From: an uncultured Chloroflexia bacterium
GTDB lineage: Bacteria; Chloroflexota; Anaerolineae; JAAYZQ01
Direction of reading: 5' to 3'
DNA: 64,000 nt
Assembly (NCBI GenBank): GCA_963700285.1
Contig: CAVOXA010000010.1
Coordinates: 1,120,001-1,184,000, forward strand
This document shows, piece after piece, positions 49,083-59,778 of the stretch. The notes beneath the pieces were generated by a model. The model ran no database searches. It saw nothing but the letters and a program-made list of their open reading frames with translations, and was not told the origin of the DNA. The position numbers and the translations under genes are program-made. The first letter of the stretch is position 1. Each line of letters begins with the position of its first letter.

Positions 49083-50987
49083 TTATGGTACCAGGCTGAG
49101 CTCCTTCTCTGCGCCAAACTGGGTCTCGTACAGGTGGGCGTAAAGGCCACCCAAGGCCAGCAGTTGGTCGTGCGTCCCCACCTCCACGAGCCGGCCCCCA
49201 TCCAGCACCAGGATCTTGTCCGCCTTGAGGATGGTGGACAGCCGGTGAGCGATGACCAGGTTGGTGCGCCCTTCGAAGAGAGGCTCCAGGGCGGCCTGGA
49301 TCAGCGCCTCGCTTTCAGAATCCAGGTGCGATGTGGCCTCGTCAAGGACCAGGATGCAGGGGTCTTTTAGGATAACGCGGGCGATGGCCAGCCGCTGCTT
49401 TTCTCCACCACTCAGGCGGTAGCCCCGCTCACCGACCAGAGTGTCATAGCCATCGGATAGCCCGGCGATGAAATCGTGGATGTTGGCTGCCCGGCAGGCC
49501 GCCTCCAGTTCCTCCTGGGTGGCATCAGGGCGAGCGTACAGCAGGTTGGCTCGCACGGTATCGTGGAACAGGTAGGTCTCCTGGGTGACCATCCCGATCT
49601 GGCGGGCCAGAGACTCCTGTGTCACGTCGCGCAGATCGCGGCCGTCTACCGTGATGCGGCCCTCGACCGGGTCATACAGGCGGGGAAGCAGGTAGGTAAC
49701 CGTCGTCTTGCCCGCCCCGCTGGGACCAACCAGCGCGACCAGTTGTCCTGGCTGAACCTCAAAGCTCAGGTGGCGCAGCGCCCAGCGGCGGCTGGCAGCC
49801 GGACCTATGGTCGCCTCCAGGCTATCACCATTCTTCCCCCGCTCATCAGGGGCCACCTCACGCTCGTCGTCCCCGTCCAGGTAGCTGAAGGACACGTCCT
49901 GGAACCGCACGCGACCATCCACATCGCCCAGACTGACGGCCTGCGGCGGGTCCTCGATCTCCACCGGCAGGTCCAGGTACTCAAATACTCGTTCAAAGCT
50001 GACCATGGAGGTGGCAAACTCGACCTGGACGTTGGTCAGCGCCGAGATGGGGCCATAGAGTCGCACCAGGTAGGCGGCAAAAGCCACGATGGTGCCCACG
50101 GTGATGACTCCCTCCAGCACCATGTATCCGCCGGCCCAGTAGATCAAGGCCGTGCCGATGGCGCCGGCAATGCCCAGCCCCATAAAGAACCAGCGACCGA
50201 CCAGCGCCTGCCGCACGCCGATGTCGCGCACGTTGCGGTTGGTCTCGCGAAAGCGGCTCACCTCCTGGCGCTGGCGGCCAAAGGTCTTGACCAGCAGGGC
50301 GCCGTTGATGCCCAGCGTCTCGCTGATGATGCTGCTCATGTCAGCGTTGTATTTCAGCGCATCCCTGCGGATGTTCCGCAGGGTGCGGCCCACACGCCGG
50401 GCAGGCAACAAAAAGAGGGGCAGTACGACGACCGACAGCAGAGCCAACCGCCATTCGATAGAGATCATCACGGCCAGGGTGGTGATGACGGTAATGCCGT
50501 TGGTCACAATGTTGGGCAGCGTGCCCGTCACAGCGTTTTGAGCGCCAACCACGTCGTTGTTAAAGCGGGAGATGATCTCGCCCGCCTTGGTGTGGGTAAA
50601 GAAGCGCAGCGACATGCTCTGCAGGTGCTCGTACATCTCCTGGCGAAGGTCAAAGATGATGCCCTCGCCCACCCGGGCGCTCAGATAGCGCTCCCCGACG
50701 CCGACAAGGCCGCTGATCAGCGGGATGGCGATCATGCCCAGGGCCAGCAGGTTCAGCAGGGCATAGTTCTGGTTGGGCAGCACATCATCGATCAGAGCGC
50801 GGTAGAGCAGTGGGGGGATCAACCCCAGGAAAGCGATCGCCACGATGGCCACTAGCATCACGATCATGGCCATCCAATAGGGCCGGGCATAGGCCAGCAC
50901 CCGGCGCATCAGTCGCCGGTCGACGCGCGGCTTCCCTTTCGATTCATCGTATCTGAGGTAACTCCACCAGCCTCCGCCATGCATCAT
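49083..50987 (-). CDS. ABC exporter, fused permease and ATPase
   Basis: Six TM region, GPSGAGKT, LSGGEKQR, LDEATS, IAHRLST. Confidence 0.92.
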   Translation of the reverse strand: MMHGGGWWSYLRYDESKGKPRVDRRLMRRVLAYARPYWMAMIVMLVAIVAIAFLGLIPPLLYRALIDDVLPNQNYALLNLLALGMIAIPLISGLVGVGERYLSARVGEGIIFDLRQEMYEHLQSMSLRFFTHTKAGEIISRFNNDVVGAQNAVTGTLPNIVTNGITVITTLAVMISIEWRLALLSVVVLPLFLLPARRVGRTLRNIRRDALKYNADMSSIISETLGINGALLVKTFGRQRQEVSRFRETNRNVRDIGVRQALVGRWFFMGLGIAGAIGTALIYWAGGYMVLEGVITVGTIVAFAAYLVRLYGPISALTNVQVEFATSMVSFERVFEYLDLPVEIEDPPQAVSLGDVDGRVRFQDVSFSYLDGDDEREVAPDERGKNGDSLEATIGPAASRRWALRHLSFEVQPGQLVALVGPSGAGKTTVTYLLPRLYDPVEGRITVDGRDLRDVTQESLARQIGMVTQETYLFHDTVRANLLYARPDATQEELEAACRAANIHDFIAGLSDGYDTLVGERGYRLSGGEKQRLAIARVILKDPCILVLDEATSHLDSESEALIQAALEPLFEGRTNLVIAHRLSTILKADKILVLDGGRLVEVGTHDQLLALGGLYAHLYETQFGAEKELSLVP

Positions 50988-51139
50988 TCGCCGCTTACTC
51001 CTTTATCCACCAACCGAGTGAACTCATCTTACCACGGGATCGGCTTCCTGTCCCGGGCCCCCCCCGGTGGGGCTGCCTTCGGACAAGGTCGCCACTGGGG
51101 ACATTCTCAAAAACCGCATGGGGACGATGAGTCACCGCC

Positions 51140-51168
51140 AGTGTAGCTACAGATCATCACCGTGTCAA
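51140..51168 (-). promoter_or_regulatory. sigma70 promoter of the ABC exporter
   Basis: Minus strand reads TTGACA-17 nt-TACACT. Confidence 0.65.
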
Positions 51169-51277
51169 ATCCGTACGCTACCGCCTCGAACACAAACAGT
51201 CTCACCCTGCCCCACCTCCGTCAGGTCTGCAACATTGGCGTTCATCGGAGATTGTAGGATGGACAGATCGACCTCCA

Positions 51278-51380
51278 AGACAGAAGGACGACGGACGACA
51301 GGCTACGGACGATGGATGTCGAAGGGTGGCCTATCGTCTATCGTCTACAGTCTGTCGTCTATGGTCTACCGACCGCCGTC
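51278..51380. repeat. Inverted array of degenerate 7-nt units
   Basis: Left arm ..GGACGAC GGACGAC AGGCTAC GGACGAT..; right arm ..TATCGTC TATCGTC TACAGTC TGTCGTC TATGGTC.. Confidence 0.65.
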
Positions 51381-51381
51381 G

Positions 51382-52278
51382 CTATCCCCGCTCGCCGATG
51401 ACGACATCCAGATCCTGCACCTGTCCAGCGCGCACAATACGCAGGGGCACCGACGCGCCGGCCCGGTCACCGCTCAGCAGAACTTGTAGGGCATCGTGGT
51501 GGGGCACGGGCTGGCCGTCAAGGGAGACGATGGTGTCTCCCAAGAGCAGTCCCCCCGCCTCGGCGGGGCTGCCGGGCTTGACCTGCACCAAGAGCAGGCC
51601 GGTTTCCTGGCCGAGCTGCTCCGCCAGGTTCGCCGGCAAGCGCACCGGCTGGATGCCGATGCCCAGGTAGCCGCGGCGCACGCGGCCATGGACCAGGATC
51701 GTCTCCACCACGCGCTGCACAGTTGCGGACGGCACCGCCAAGCTGACGCCACGCAGCAGCGCCGAGGTGTTGAGTCCTAGCAGATGGCCGCCGGCATCGA
51801 CCAGTGGCCCGCCCGAGAAACCAGGATACATGACCACGTCTGTCTGCAAGTAGTGATCCAGTTTTCCGCCAGCCGGCGTGCGCCACTCCTGACTCAGGGC
51901 GCTGACGATGCCCAGCGCAGCCTGGACCGTTTGGCCCGGCCGGCCCAGGGCCAGCACGAGGTGGCCTACACGCAGGTGATCCGCCGGGGTCCACGAGGCC
52001 GGGGTCAATCCTCCAGCCTCGGCTCGCAGTACGGCAAGGTCCGTCGTTGGATCGCGGCCAACGAGTGTCGCCGGTACAGCCTGGCCATCTGGCAGGCCCA
52101 CGCGGATGCTCTCGTCCCGCCGGACCACGTGATGGGCGGAGACGATGATGCCATCCTCCGACCAGACGACACCAGTTGCCGGCAGCCGGCGCCGGGCCTC
52201 TACCCGTACAGCGCTCCCGCCCCCGGCCTCGACGACGCTGGCCATTGCGGCCGATAGATTGCTCAACAATTCTGCCAT
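51382..52278 (-). CDS. Trypsin-like S1C serine protease with PDZ domain
   Basis: SAHHV, TDLAVL, YPGFSGG triad; GYLGI PDZ; no signal peptide seen. Confidence 0.87.
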   Translation of the reverse strand: MAELLSNLSAAMASVVEAGGGSAVRVEARRRLPATGVVWSEDGIIVSAHHVVRRDESIRVGLPDGQAVPATLVGRDPTTDLAVLRAEAGGLTPASWTPADHLRVGHLVLALGRPGQTVQAALGIVSALSQEWRTPAGGKLDHYLQTDVVMYPGFSGGPLVDAGGHLLGLNTSALLRGVSLAVPSATVQRVVETILVHGRVRRGYLGIGIQPVRLPANLAEQLGQETGLLLVQVKPGSPAEAGGLLLGDTIVSLDGQPVPHHDALQVLLSGDRAGASVPLRIVRAGQVQDLDVVIGERG

Positions 52279-52401
52279 TCCTCAACCTCCCATTCCTGTT
52301 TTGCCTGCCAGTATAGCAGATGAAAGCACCCGGCACATCCCCCATATGGGGGGCCGGGACCTGGAGGTATGGCTAGGGTGGTCCTGGAAAAAAGGAGGGG
52401 G

Positions 52402-53022
52402 TTAGAGGACAAGCAACCCCATCCGGGTAGCCCGGACGACAGCCTCGGTACGGCTCTGGGCCCCCAGCTTGCCCAAAATGGCGTTGACGTGAAACTTGAC
52501 CGTGTGGTCGCTGATGCCGAGCTGCAGGGCGACGGCCTTGTTCGACAGACCTTCGGCCAGGAGCTGGAGGACCTCCTCTTCCCGGGGCGTCAAGGCCTCG
52601 ACCAGAGGCTCGTCCTCCCGATCCCTGGCCGGCAGGATGGCCGGGGCCAGGATTGGGTCGAATACCACCAATCCCTGGGCAACAGCCCGCAGCGCGGCCG
52701 TCACGTTCTCAGGATCCGAGTCCCGAAGCAGCATCCCCTGTGCTCCTGCGCTCCAAACATCGGCGACCAGGGCATCGTCGGGCAGCAGCGCGAGGACAGG
52801 CAGGATGTCGCCGGACAGATCGTGCAGAGGGCCAGTGTCCGCGTCCCAACCCAGGTCCCATAGGACAGCGTCGGGCTGGTACACGGCAGCGTCGCCGGAC
52901 AGATCCAATCCCGGAGCAACCTGTCCAACGACAACACATCCTTCATGAGCGGCCAGCAGAGCCGCCAGCCCGGCCCGGGCCAGCGGATCGTCGGCCACAA
53001 CGAGTACGCGTACCTCATCCAT
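52402..53022 (-). CDS. NarL/LuxR family response regulator
   Basis: Receiver-like VADD...LWD; HTH LTPREEEVLQLLAEGLSNKAVA...TVKFHV. Confidence 0.88.
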   Translation of the reverse strand: MDEVRVLVVADDPLARAGLAALLAAHEGCVVVGQVAPGLDLSGDAAVYQPDAVLWDLGWDADTGPLHDLSGDILPVLALLPDDALVADVWSAGAQGMLLRDSDPENVTAALRAVAQGLVVFDPILAPAILPARDREDEPLVEALTPREEEVLQLLAEGLSNKAVALQLGISDHTVKFHVNAILGKLGAQSRTEAVVRATRMGLLVL

Positions 53023-53158
53023 ACCGTTTCACGCCTGAGGCTGGACCGGTGTTCCTGAAACCAGTCCAGTCCGAGTTCCAGCTTGACTGATAGGTTACGA
53101 TTATATAAGATACCTGCCAGATTGGCAATGTCAGGCACAAGCGTACAGAAGAGGCAAA

Positions 53159-53722
53159 ATGGGCTACTTTGACGACAGGAAACACGCGGAAGAGTATATC
53201 GAGATGGCCGAAGGATATGATGCCCGGGAATTGATCGAGGTCCTGCAAAGGTATTTGCCAGAGGGCGCGACATTGCTTGAACTGGGAATGGGACCGGGAA
53301 CGGATCTGGATCTCCTCAGCCAGATCTACCAGGTGACGGGCTCGGATAGTGCCCAGACCTTTCTCGACATCTATCGCGAACAGAACAGCGAGGCAGACTT
53401 GATGCTGCTGGATGCCGCGACCCTCGACACGGACAGGAAATTCGACGGGATCTACTCGAACAAGGTGCTGCACCACCTGACAGAGGACGAGCTGGCACAA
53501 TCTCTTCTCAGGCAAAAAGCCACCCTTAATCCACAAGGCATCTTGTTCCATTCCTTCTGGTATGGAGAAGAGGAGGAGTTCTTCCATGGGTTGCGATTCA
53601 GGCAATACACAGAGGAGATGCTTCTCCGCATTATTAAACCGCATTTTGAGGTACTGGCCATGGAGAGATATACAGAGATGGAGGACGATGACTCTGTCTA
53701 TCTCGTACTCCGAAAGCGCTAG
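53159..53722 (+). CDS. Class I SAM-dependent methyltransferase
   Basis: LELGMGPG, GSD, FDGIYSNKVLHH. Confidence 0.82.
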   Translation: MGYFDDRKHAEEYIEMAEGYDARELIEVLQRYLPEGATLLELGMGPGTDLDLLSQIYQVTGSDSAQTFLDIYREQNSEADLMLLDAATLDTDRKFDGIYSNKVLHHLTEDELAQSLLRQKATLNPQGILFHSFWYGEEEEFFHGLRFRQYTEEMLLRIIKPHFEVLAMERYTEMEDDDSVYLVLRKR

Positions 53723-53758
53723 AGGTAGAGCAGATCTCGGCGAGCCCAGCAGACGCTG

Positions 53759-54502
53759 CTAGCGCAGCAGCGCCTGCTCCAGTTGGCTCGCCGCCCCGGC
53801 GTCCAGAAGCCAGGTGAGCACGCCCGCCGTGGGGCAGATCCTCTGGGCTGGCAGGCCTCCATCCTCCCCCTCTAGCACAGCTTGCACGATGTCAGCCTTG
53901 GCGCTGCCTGTTACCAGGAACCAGATATGCCGCGCGGTGTTGATGGCCGGTAGGGTGAGGGTCACACGGCTGGCCGGGCGGCCCTCGTAGTGGGCTTCCA
54001 CGGCGAGAGCCAGACGCTCGCTCTCCTGCAGCGCGCCGGATCCGGGAAAGAGTGAGGCCGTATGGCCATCGCCGCCTACCCCCAATAGTATCAGGTCGAA
54101 GCGGGTCCGCGGCCCGCAAAAGTAATCGTTCAGACCCCGCTCATAGGCCCTCGCTGCCGCCCCCGGCTCAAGTTCGCCCCGTACTCGGTGGACGTTGCCG
54201 GCGGGGATGGGCACGTGGTCGAGCAGCGTGTCGCCGGCCAACCGGTAGTTGCTGCCAGGGTCGTCGGGCGGCACGCACCGCTCGTCGCCCCAGAAAAGGT
54301 GGACCTGCGCCCAGGGGATCTGCCCCCGATCTGGTTCCACGGCCAGCAGCCGGTACAGCGCCCCTGGGGTCGAGCCCCCGGATAGCGCGACGCTAAAGCG
54401 CCCTCTTGACTCCGCTGCCTCGCGGGCCAGATCGGTAAAGCGCCGAGCCGCTTCGCGGGCCAGCGCTGGCGGGTCTGGAAAGATCACGATCTCGGGATTC
54501 AT
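53759..54502 (-). CDS. pgl: 6-phosphogluconolactonase
   Basis: ALSGGSTP, FWGDERCVP, SNY, LGVGGDGHTASLFP, RVTLT. Confidence 0.93.
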   Translation of the reverse strand: MNPEIVIFPDPPALAREAARRFTDLAREAAESRGRFSVALSGGSTPGALYRLLAVEPDRGQIPWAQVHLFWGDERCVPPDDPGSNYRLAGDTLLDHVPIPAGNVHRVRGELEPGAAARAYERGLNDYFCGPRTRFDLILLGVGGDGHTASLFPGSGALQESERLALAVEAHYEGRPASRVTLTLPAINTARHIWFLVTGSAKADIVQAVLEGEDGGLPAQRICPTAGVLTWLLDAGAASQLEQALLR

Positions 54503-55356
54503 CACAATTTCCTCCACAGGGCCGTCGCCTCACTCCCAGCTTTCTGGAAACCAAAGCGCTGGTATAGCCTTTGGGCCTGTTTGTTTTCTTCCTGCGTGTT
54601 GAGGGCGATGTAGCGCACGCCAGCCTGCTGGAAATAGCGCATCGCCTCCGCCATGAGCCTGGAGCCGATGCCCCGGCCCCACCAATCGGGGTGAACCGCC
54701 ACACGGATCAGGTGCCCGTGGCTCTGATCCTCTATGGAGCAATAGCAATAGCCCACCACGGCATCAGTGGCTGTCGCCACGACAAAGTAGGGCAGAGATT
54801 CTCTCCACCGCCTGAGCGACTCCAGCGAGTTGCGCCAGCGGGGATGAAAACTCGGCGAGTCCAGCGCGACCAGAGCCCCATAGTCGGCAGGCTGGACAGG
54901 GCGAACTATGACGTCCTGATTTCCCGCCACCGGAATCGACCAGCCGCTCTTTTCAAAGGTGACGATGTGGCTGATCAGACAGAAGCCTCGTTCCTGGAGC
55001 GGATCTAGCAGCCATGCGGCCGATCCGGTATAGGAGAGAGCCGTGATTCCCCCCTGGCGCAGATGGGTGACACAGGGAGGCAGTAGAAGGTCCAACCAGA
55101 ACGCGACGTCTACCCCGTCGGTCAGGCCAGCAGCGGCCAGACTTCCCTGCTGGGGGAGGCGGACGGCCCAGGCCAGAAAACCCTTGATCTGGCCGGCCTC
55201 CTCGGCCAGCAGAAACGGCTCTTGAGACAAATAGTTCCCCAGAGAGGACTCGCTGAATTGCAGGACCACCCGCTGCGCATCCGCCAGCAGATGCCTCAAC
55301 GGGCCTTCATCAGCCGGCGAAGCCTGGCGCACCAGCCATGATCCTCCCATCTGCAT
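54502..55356 (-). CDS. Tandem GNAT family N-acetyltransferase
   Basis: C-terminal VAVHPDWWGRGIG and NKQAQRLYQRFGF; degenerate N-terminal GNAT-like half. Confidence 0.82.
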   Translation of the reverse strand: MQMGGSWLVRQASPADEGPLRHLLADAQRVVLQFSESSLGNYLSQEPFLLAEEAGQIKGFLAWAVRLPQQGSLAAAGLTDGVDVAFWLDLLLPPCVTHLRQGGITALSYTGSAAWLLDPLQERGFCLISHIVTFEKSGWSIPVAGNQDVIVRPVQPADYGALVALDSPSFHPRWRNSLESLRRWRESLPYFVVATATDAVVGYCYCSIEDQSHGHLIRVAVHPDWWGRGIGSRLMAEAMRYFQQAGVRYIALNTQEENKQAQRLYQRFGFQKAGSEATALWRKL

Positions 55357-55377
55357 CTCACCCCACCCAACCCAATG

Positions 55378-56855
55378 CTAGCCGCCCCTGGAGTAGTGCT
55401 CGGCGCAACCATGGCGCCAGATGCGGCCGGCTTGGGCCAAAAAATCTTCCGCTTCTACCGGCCCCCACGTCCCAGGCTGGTACTCGGCCAGGACAGGCGC
55501 ATCGGGTCGCTGCCAGCCGGCCAGGATCGGATCGATCAAACTCCAGGCCAGCTCGATCTCGTCGGCGCGGGCAAAGAGGGCAGCATCGCCCTGCATCGCG
55601 TCCAGCAGCAGCCGCTCGTAGGCCTCCGGCAGCGCCGCCGCGCCAAAGTCCTCGGCATAGTGAAATTCCATATCCACCGGACCGGGACCTGCATCCCGAC
55701 GCCAGGCTCCTTGGCCTCAAAACGCAGGTGGATGCCCTCGTCCGGCTGGAGGCAGAGGGAAAGGACATTGGGCGTCATCTCTGCTGCCGGGTACCTGGGG
55801 GAACATCAGGTGCGGCACGCCCTTGAACTGGATGGCGATCTCGGTTGTCTTGGCCTGTCAGGTACTTGCCGGAGCGCAGGTAAAAGGGCACGCCCTGCCA
55901 GCGCCAGTTGTCGACAAAGAACTCGAGCGCGGCATAGGTCGGCGTCTGCGAATCGGGCGCCACCCCTCCTCGGCAAGGTAGCCCTCGTACTGCGCCGCAC
56001 ACTTTCTGCCGCCGCGATCCGGGTCGCCCGCAGGACCTTGACCTTCTCGTCCCGCAGGGCATTGGCCTCAAAGAGGGCCGGGGGCTCCATGGCCGTCAGA
56101 GTGAGCAGCTGCAGCAGGTGGTTCTGGAACATGTCGCGCAGCACACCGGCCTTGTCGTAGTAACCGGCCCGATGCCCCACGCCAACGCTCTCGGCCACCG
56201 TGATCTGCACGTGATCCACATAGTTCCGGTTCCACAGCGGCTCAAAGATGGCGTTGGCAAAGCGGAAGGTCAGGATATTCTGGACCGTTTCCTTGCCCAG
56301 ATAGTGATCGATGCGGTAGACCTGGTCTTCATCGAACACGGCGTGGACCTGCTCGTTGAGGTCGCGGGCGCTCTCCAGGTCGCGGCCGAACGGTTTTTCG
56401 ATGATGATGCGCGTCCAGCCCTGGCTGTGGTTCAACCCGGCCTGGCCCAATTGCTCGACGATGATGGGATAGAGCGTAGGCGGGGTGGCCAGGTAGAAGA
56501 GCCGGTTGCCCCCAGTGCCCTGCCTCGGCATCGTTCCGGCCAGGCGCTCCGCCAGGCGGCGGTAGGTCTCGGGATCGTCGTAGCTACCGGCCAGGTAGGT
56601 AAGTCGATGCTCTGCCTGGGACCAGAGGTCGCAGACGTTCGGCTTGAGCCGGGCATAGTCCAACACGCCTTCATACAGCCGGAGGCGAAAGTCATCGTCG
56701 GACATGGGGCTGCGCGCTACCCCCACGACCTGGCTCGCATCGGGTAGGAACCCCTCACAGCCAAGGCTGTGCAGCGCTGGCACCAGTTTCCGGCGTGTCA
56801 GATCGCCCGACGCGCCAAAGATTACGGTCGTTGATGGTTCTGCTTTCTGCAACAT
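55378..56855 (-). CDS. zwf: Glucose-6-phosphate 1-dehydrogenase (frameshifted)
   Basis: [51 protein letters not shown] across several frames. Confidence 0.9.
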
Positions 56856-56989
56856 TGCTTGTTTCTCCCTTGATCAGGGACAGAGCTCTCCGCTACGACT
56901 CGCTCTTTCCCCACAACACACTGCGCGTAGCGTATTCTTTGGCAGGGAGATGCAACACGCAACACGCACTAGGCAACACGTATCGCGCA

Positions 56990-59763
56990 TCATGTCACGG
57001 AACCTGCCAGCAGGTTCAGCCCCCCAACCACATCGTCCCCCAGGTGAAAGCGGATCACCCGCCGCCCGCTGTCCAGCAGCGCCTGCTTGTCGCCCAGCGC
57101 CTGGGCCATCTTGAGCACGCCAAAGCTCATGGTCGATTCCGGCGAGCCCGCCTCGTCCGGGATGGCACGATCCTGCGAGTCGTCGGCCGTGAACTGGATG
57201 AACAGGCCGTTGCCGGCGTCGCCCTTGTGCAACTGGCCGGTGGAGTGCAGGAATCGCGGCCCATATCCGACCGTCGTCGCCAGCTTGAGATGGTCGCGCA
57301 GCCGGGTGCGCAGCGCCAGCAATGCCGCATCGGTCTCGGCCGTTGGCTGGACGTAGGCCTGTAAGGAGATATAGTCGCCAGCCTGGGCTTGGGCCAGAAA
57401 CGCTTGCAGTTCTTCGCCAGCCAACGGCGCCGGTTCGTCCTGGGGCAGTGCCCCTGTTTCGGCGTAGGCGGCGATGGCACTCGCGGGCCAGCACCTTGGC
57501 CGCCTCGACGTTGGGCTGGTCGAAGGGATTGATGCCCAGGCGATGGCCGGCCACCGCCGTCGCCATCTCCCACAGGAAGAACTGCTCCCCCAGGTCGTAC
57601 AGGTCCCGCAGGCGCAGGCGCACCACCGGATGCCCGGCATCCTCGAGGGCCTGCACAGCCTCGTCGTAGGTATCGTCGCCGTCCAACCGCAGGTAGACGA
57701 ACAGCCGGTCGTCGCCATAGACATCAGGCGCGCCCAGCGGCTCGCCGACCACGGGCAGGATGCCCTTGCCCTCCTTGCCGGTGCTCTCGGCGATGAGCTG
57801 CTCCACCCAATCACCAAAGTTGCCAAGCCGCGGCGAGGTGACAAAGGTCACCTTGTCCCGGCCAGCCTTGGCCAGCTCACCCAGGATCGCGCCCAACCAG
57901 GCGCCGTTGTTGTCGCCATCCACAGGGCAGTTGCACGGCTCACAGTTGCAGGCCATGGTCAGCGCCTGCTCCAGCAGCGTCTCTACGTCCACTCCCACCA
58001 GCGCCGCCGGCACCAGCCCAAAGTAGGACAGCGACCGAGTAGCGCCCGCCGATGTTGGGATCGTTGAGGAAGGTAGTGCGAAAGTCGTAGCGAGCGGCAA
58101 GTTCAGCCAGCTTGCTGCCAGGATCGGTGATGGCCACAAAGTGCTCCCCTGCCCGCTCAGCTCCCAGGGCATCAGCCGTCCAGTTGTAGAAAGTACTTGA
58201 AGAAGGACAGGGTCTCAGCCGTGCCACCCGACTTGGTGGACGACGATGAACAGCGTACGGGCCGGATCGAGCCGCTCGGCGTGGGCCAGGACTGCCCCTG
58301 GATCGGTGCTGTCCAGCACGGCCAGGTTGAGGGCTTGGGCGACCTGGCCGCCAAAGACCTGGCTAAAGACCTCGGGCGCCAGGCTCGAGCCCCCCATGCC
58401 CAGCAACAGGACGTCGGTGTATCCCTCGGCCATCACCGCCTCCGACCAGGGCATTCAGGCGGTAGGCCTGCGCTCGCATCGCTTCGGCGATGTGCAGCCA
58501 GCCCAGCCGGTTGGTGATCTCGGCGGGCTCTGGCTTCCACACCGTATAGTCGTGGGCCCAGATGCGGGCCACGATCCGGTCCTCCACCATCTCTTCCAGC
58601 GCCGCGTCCACCAAGGGCTGGTACTCCCCCAGGCTGGCCGACCGCCGCTGCCACTCATTCAGGAGACGCTCTCGTTTTTCGGCGATGCTGGCCACCAGCG
58701 ACTCAAAGGCCTTGGCAAAGGAAGCAACGCCCTCGTCCTGCAATCCTTGGGTGATGGCCTCCAGGTCTACTCCCAGGCCGGCCAGTCCTGCCAATTGGTC
58801 ACGGGCTTCCTCCAGATCGCGCTCCAGGGTAAGCGAGACGGTGCCATGATCCATGAAGGCATCGAGCGTAGCCGGCGGCACCGTATTGACCGTATCGGGG
58901 CCGATGAGCGCTTCCACGTACAGCGTGTCAGGGTAGAGCGGGTTCTTGGTACCGGTACTGGCCCACAGGGGGCGCTGGACGCGAGCGCCCTGGGCGGCCA
59001 GGCGTTCCCAACGCTCGCCGCCAAAGACCTCGCGGAAGCGGGCATAGGCGACCTTGGCGTTGGCAATGGCGATCTTGCCGGTCAAAGGATGGAGGCTGGA
59101 GATTGGAACTCGAGGGCCTCCAGATCACGGTCCACGGCGGTGTCCACGCGGCTGACAAAAAAGGAGGCGACGGAGGCAACCCTGGACAGATCGCCCCCGG
59201 AAGCGGCCAGCCTTTCCAGGCCAGCGATGTAGGCGTTGGCCACGGCGTCATAGTGGGCCAGAGAGAACATGAGGGTGACGTTGATATTGATGCCCTCACC
59301 GATGAGCGTCTCGATGGCCGGGATACCCGCGGGCGTGGCCGGGACCTTGATCATGACGTTGGGTCGGTCCAGGAGCGGCAAAGAGCCGCCGCGCCTCGGC
59401 GATCGTGCCCTCGGTATCATGGGCCAGCTCGGGGCTGACCTCCAGGCTGACATAGCCGTCGCCGCCACCGGTCCGGTCGTACACCGGTCGCAGCAGATCA
59501 GCAGCACGCTGAATATCCTCAATGGCCAGCGACTCATAGATCTCTTCCACCACCTTGCCCTCGGTCACCAATTCCCCCAAAGCCTCGTCATAGTCGGCGC
59601 TGCCGGCGATCGCTTTTTCAAAAATGGACGGGTTGGAGGTGACACCCGTTACCCCTGCCTCAATAAGCGCCTGGAGTTCGCCTGAATCCAGTAGCGCCCG
59701 CCGGATGTTGTCGTACCAGATCGACTGGCCCAGAGTGGCCAGTTCGTGTAGCTTTGTCATCAT
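56990..59763 (-). CDS. Bifunctional transaldolase / phosphoglucose isomerase (frameshifted)
   Basis: Tal: GVTSNPSIF, NVMIKVP, SFFVSRVD, PLWAST. Pgi: GMGGSSL, SKSG-like, GGRYS, EQLIAESTGK, NPFDQPNVE, HSTGQLHKG. Confidence 0.88.
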
Positions 59764-59778
59764 GATCCTCCGATTGAC

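Noticed and set aside
51060-51100. SRP (4.5S) RNA
   Set aside because: The inner hairpin lacks the conserved CAGG...GGAA...AGCAG domain IV pattern. Kept only as an unknown structured leader.
55378-59763. Programmed frameshifting or true pseudogenisation of zwf and tal-pgi
   Set aside because: The breaks are scattered single-base indels without slippery sites, and motifs are intact. Sequencing error is the simpler explanation.
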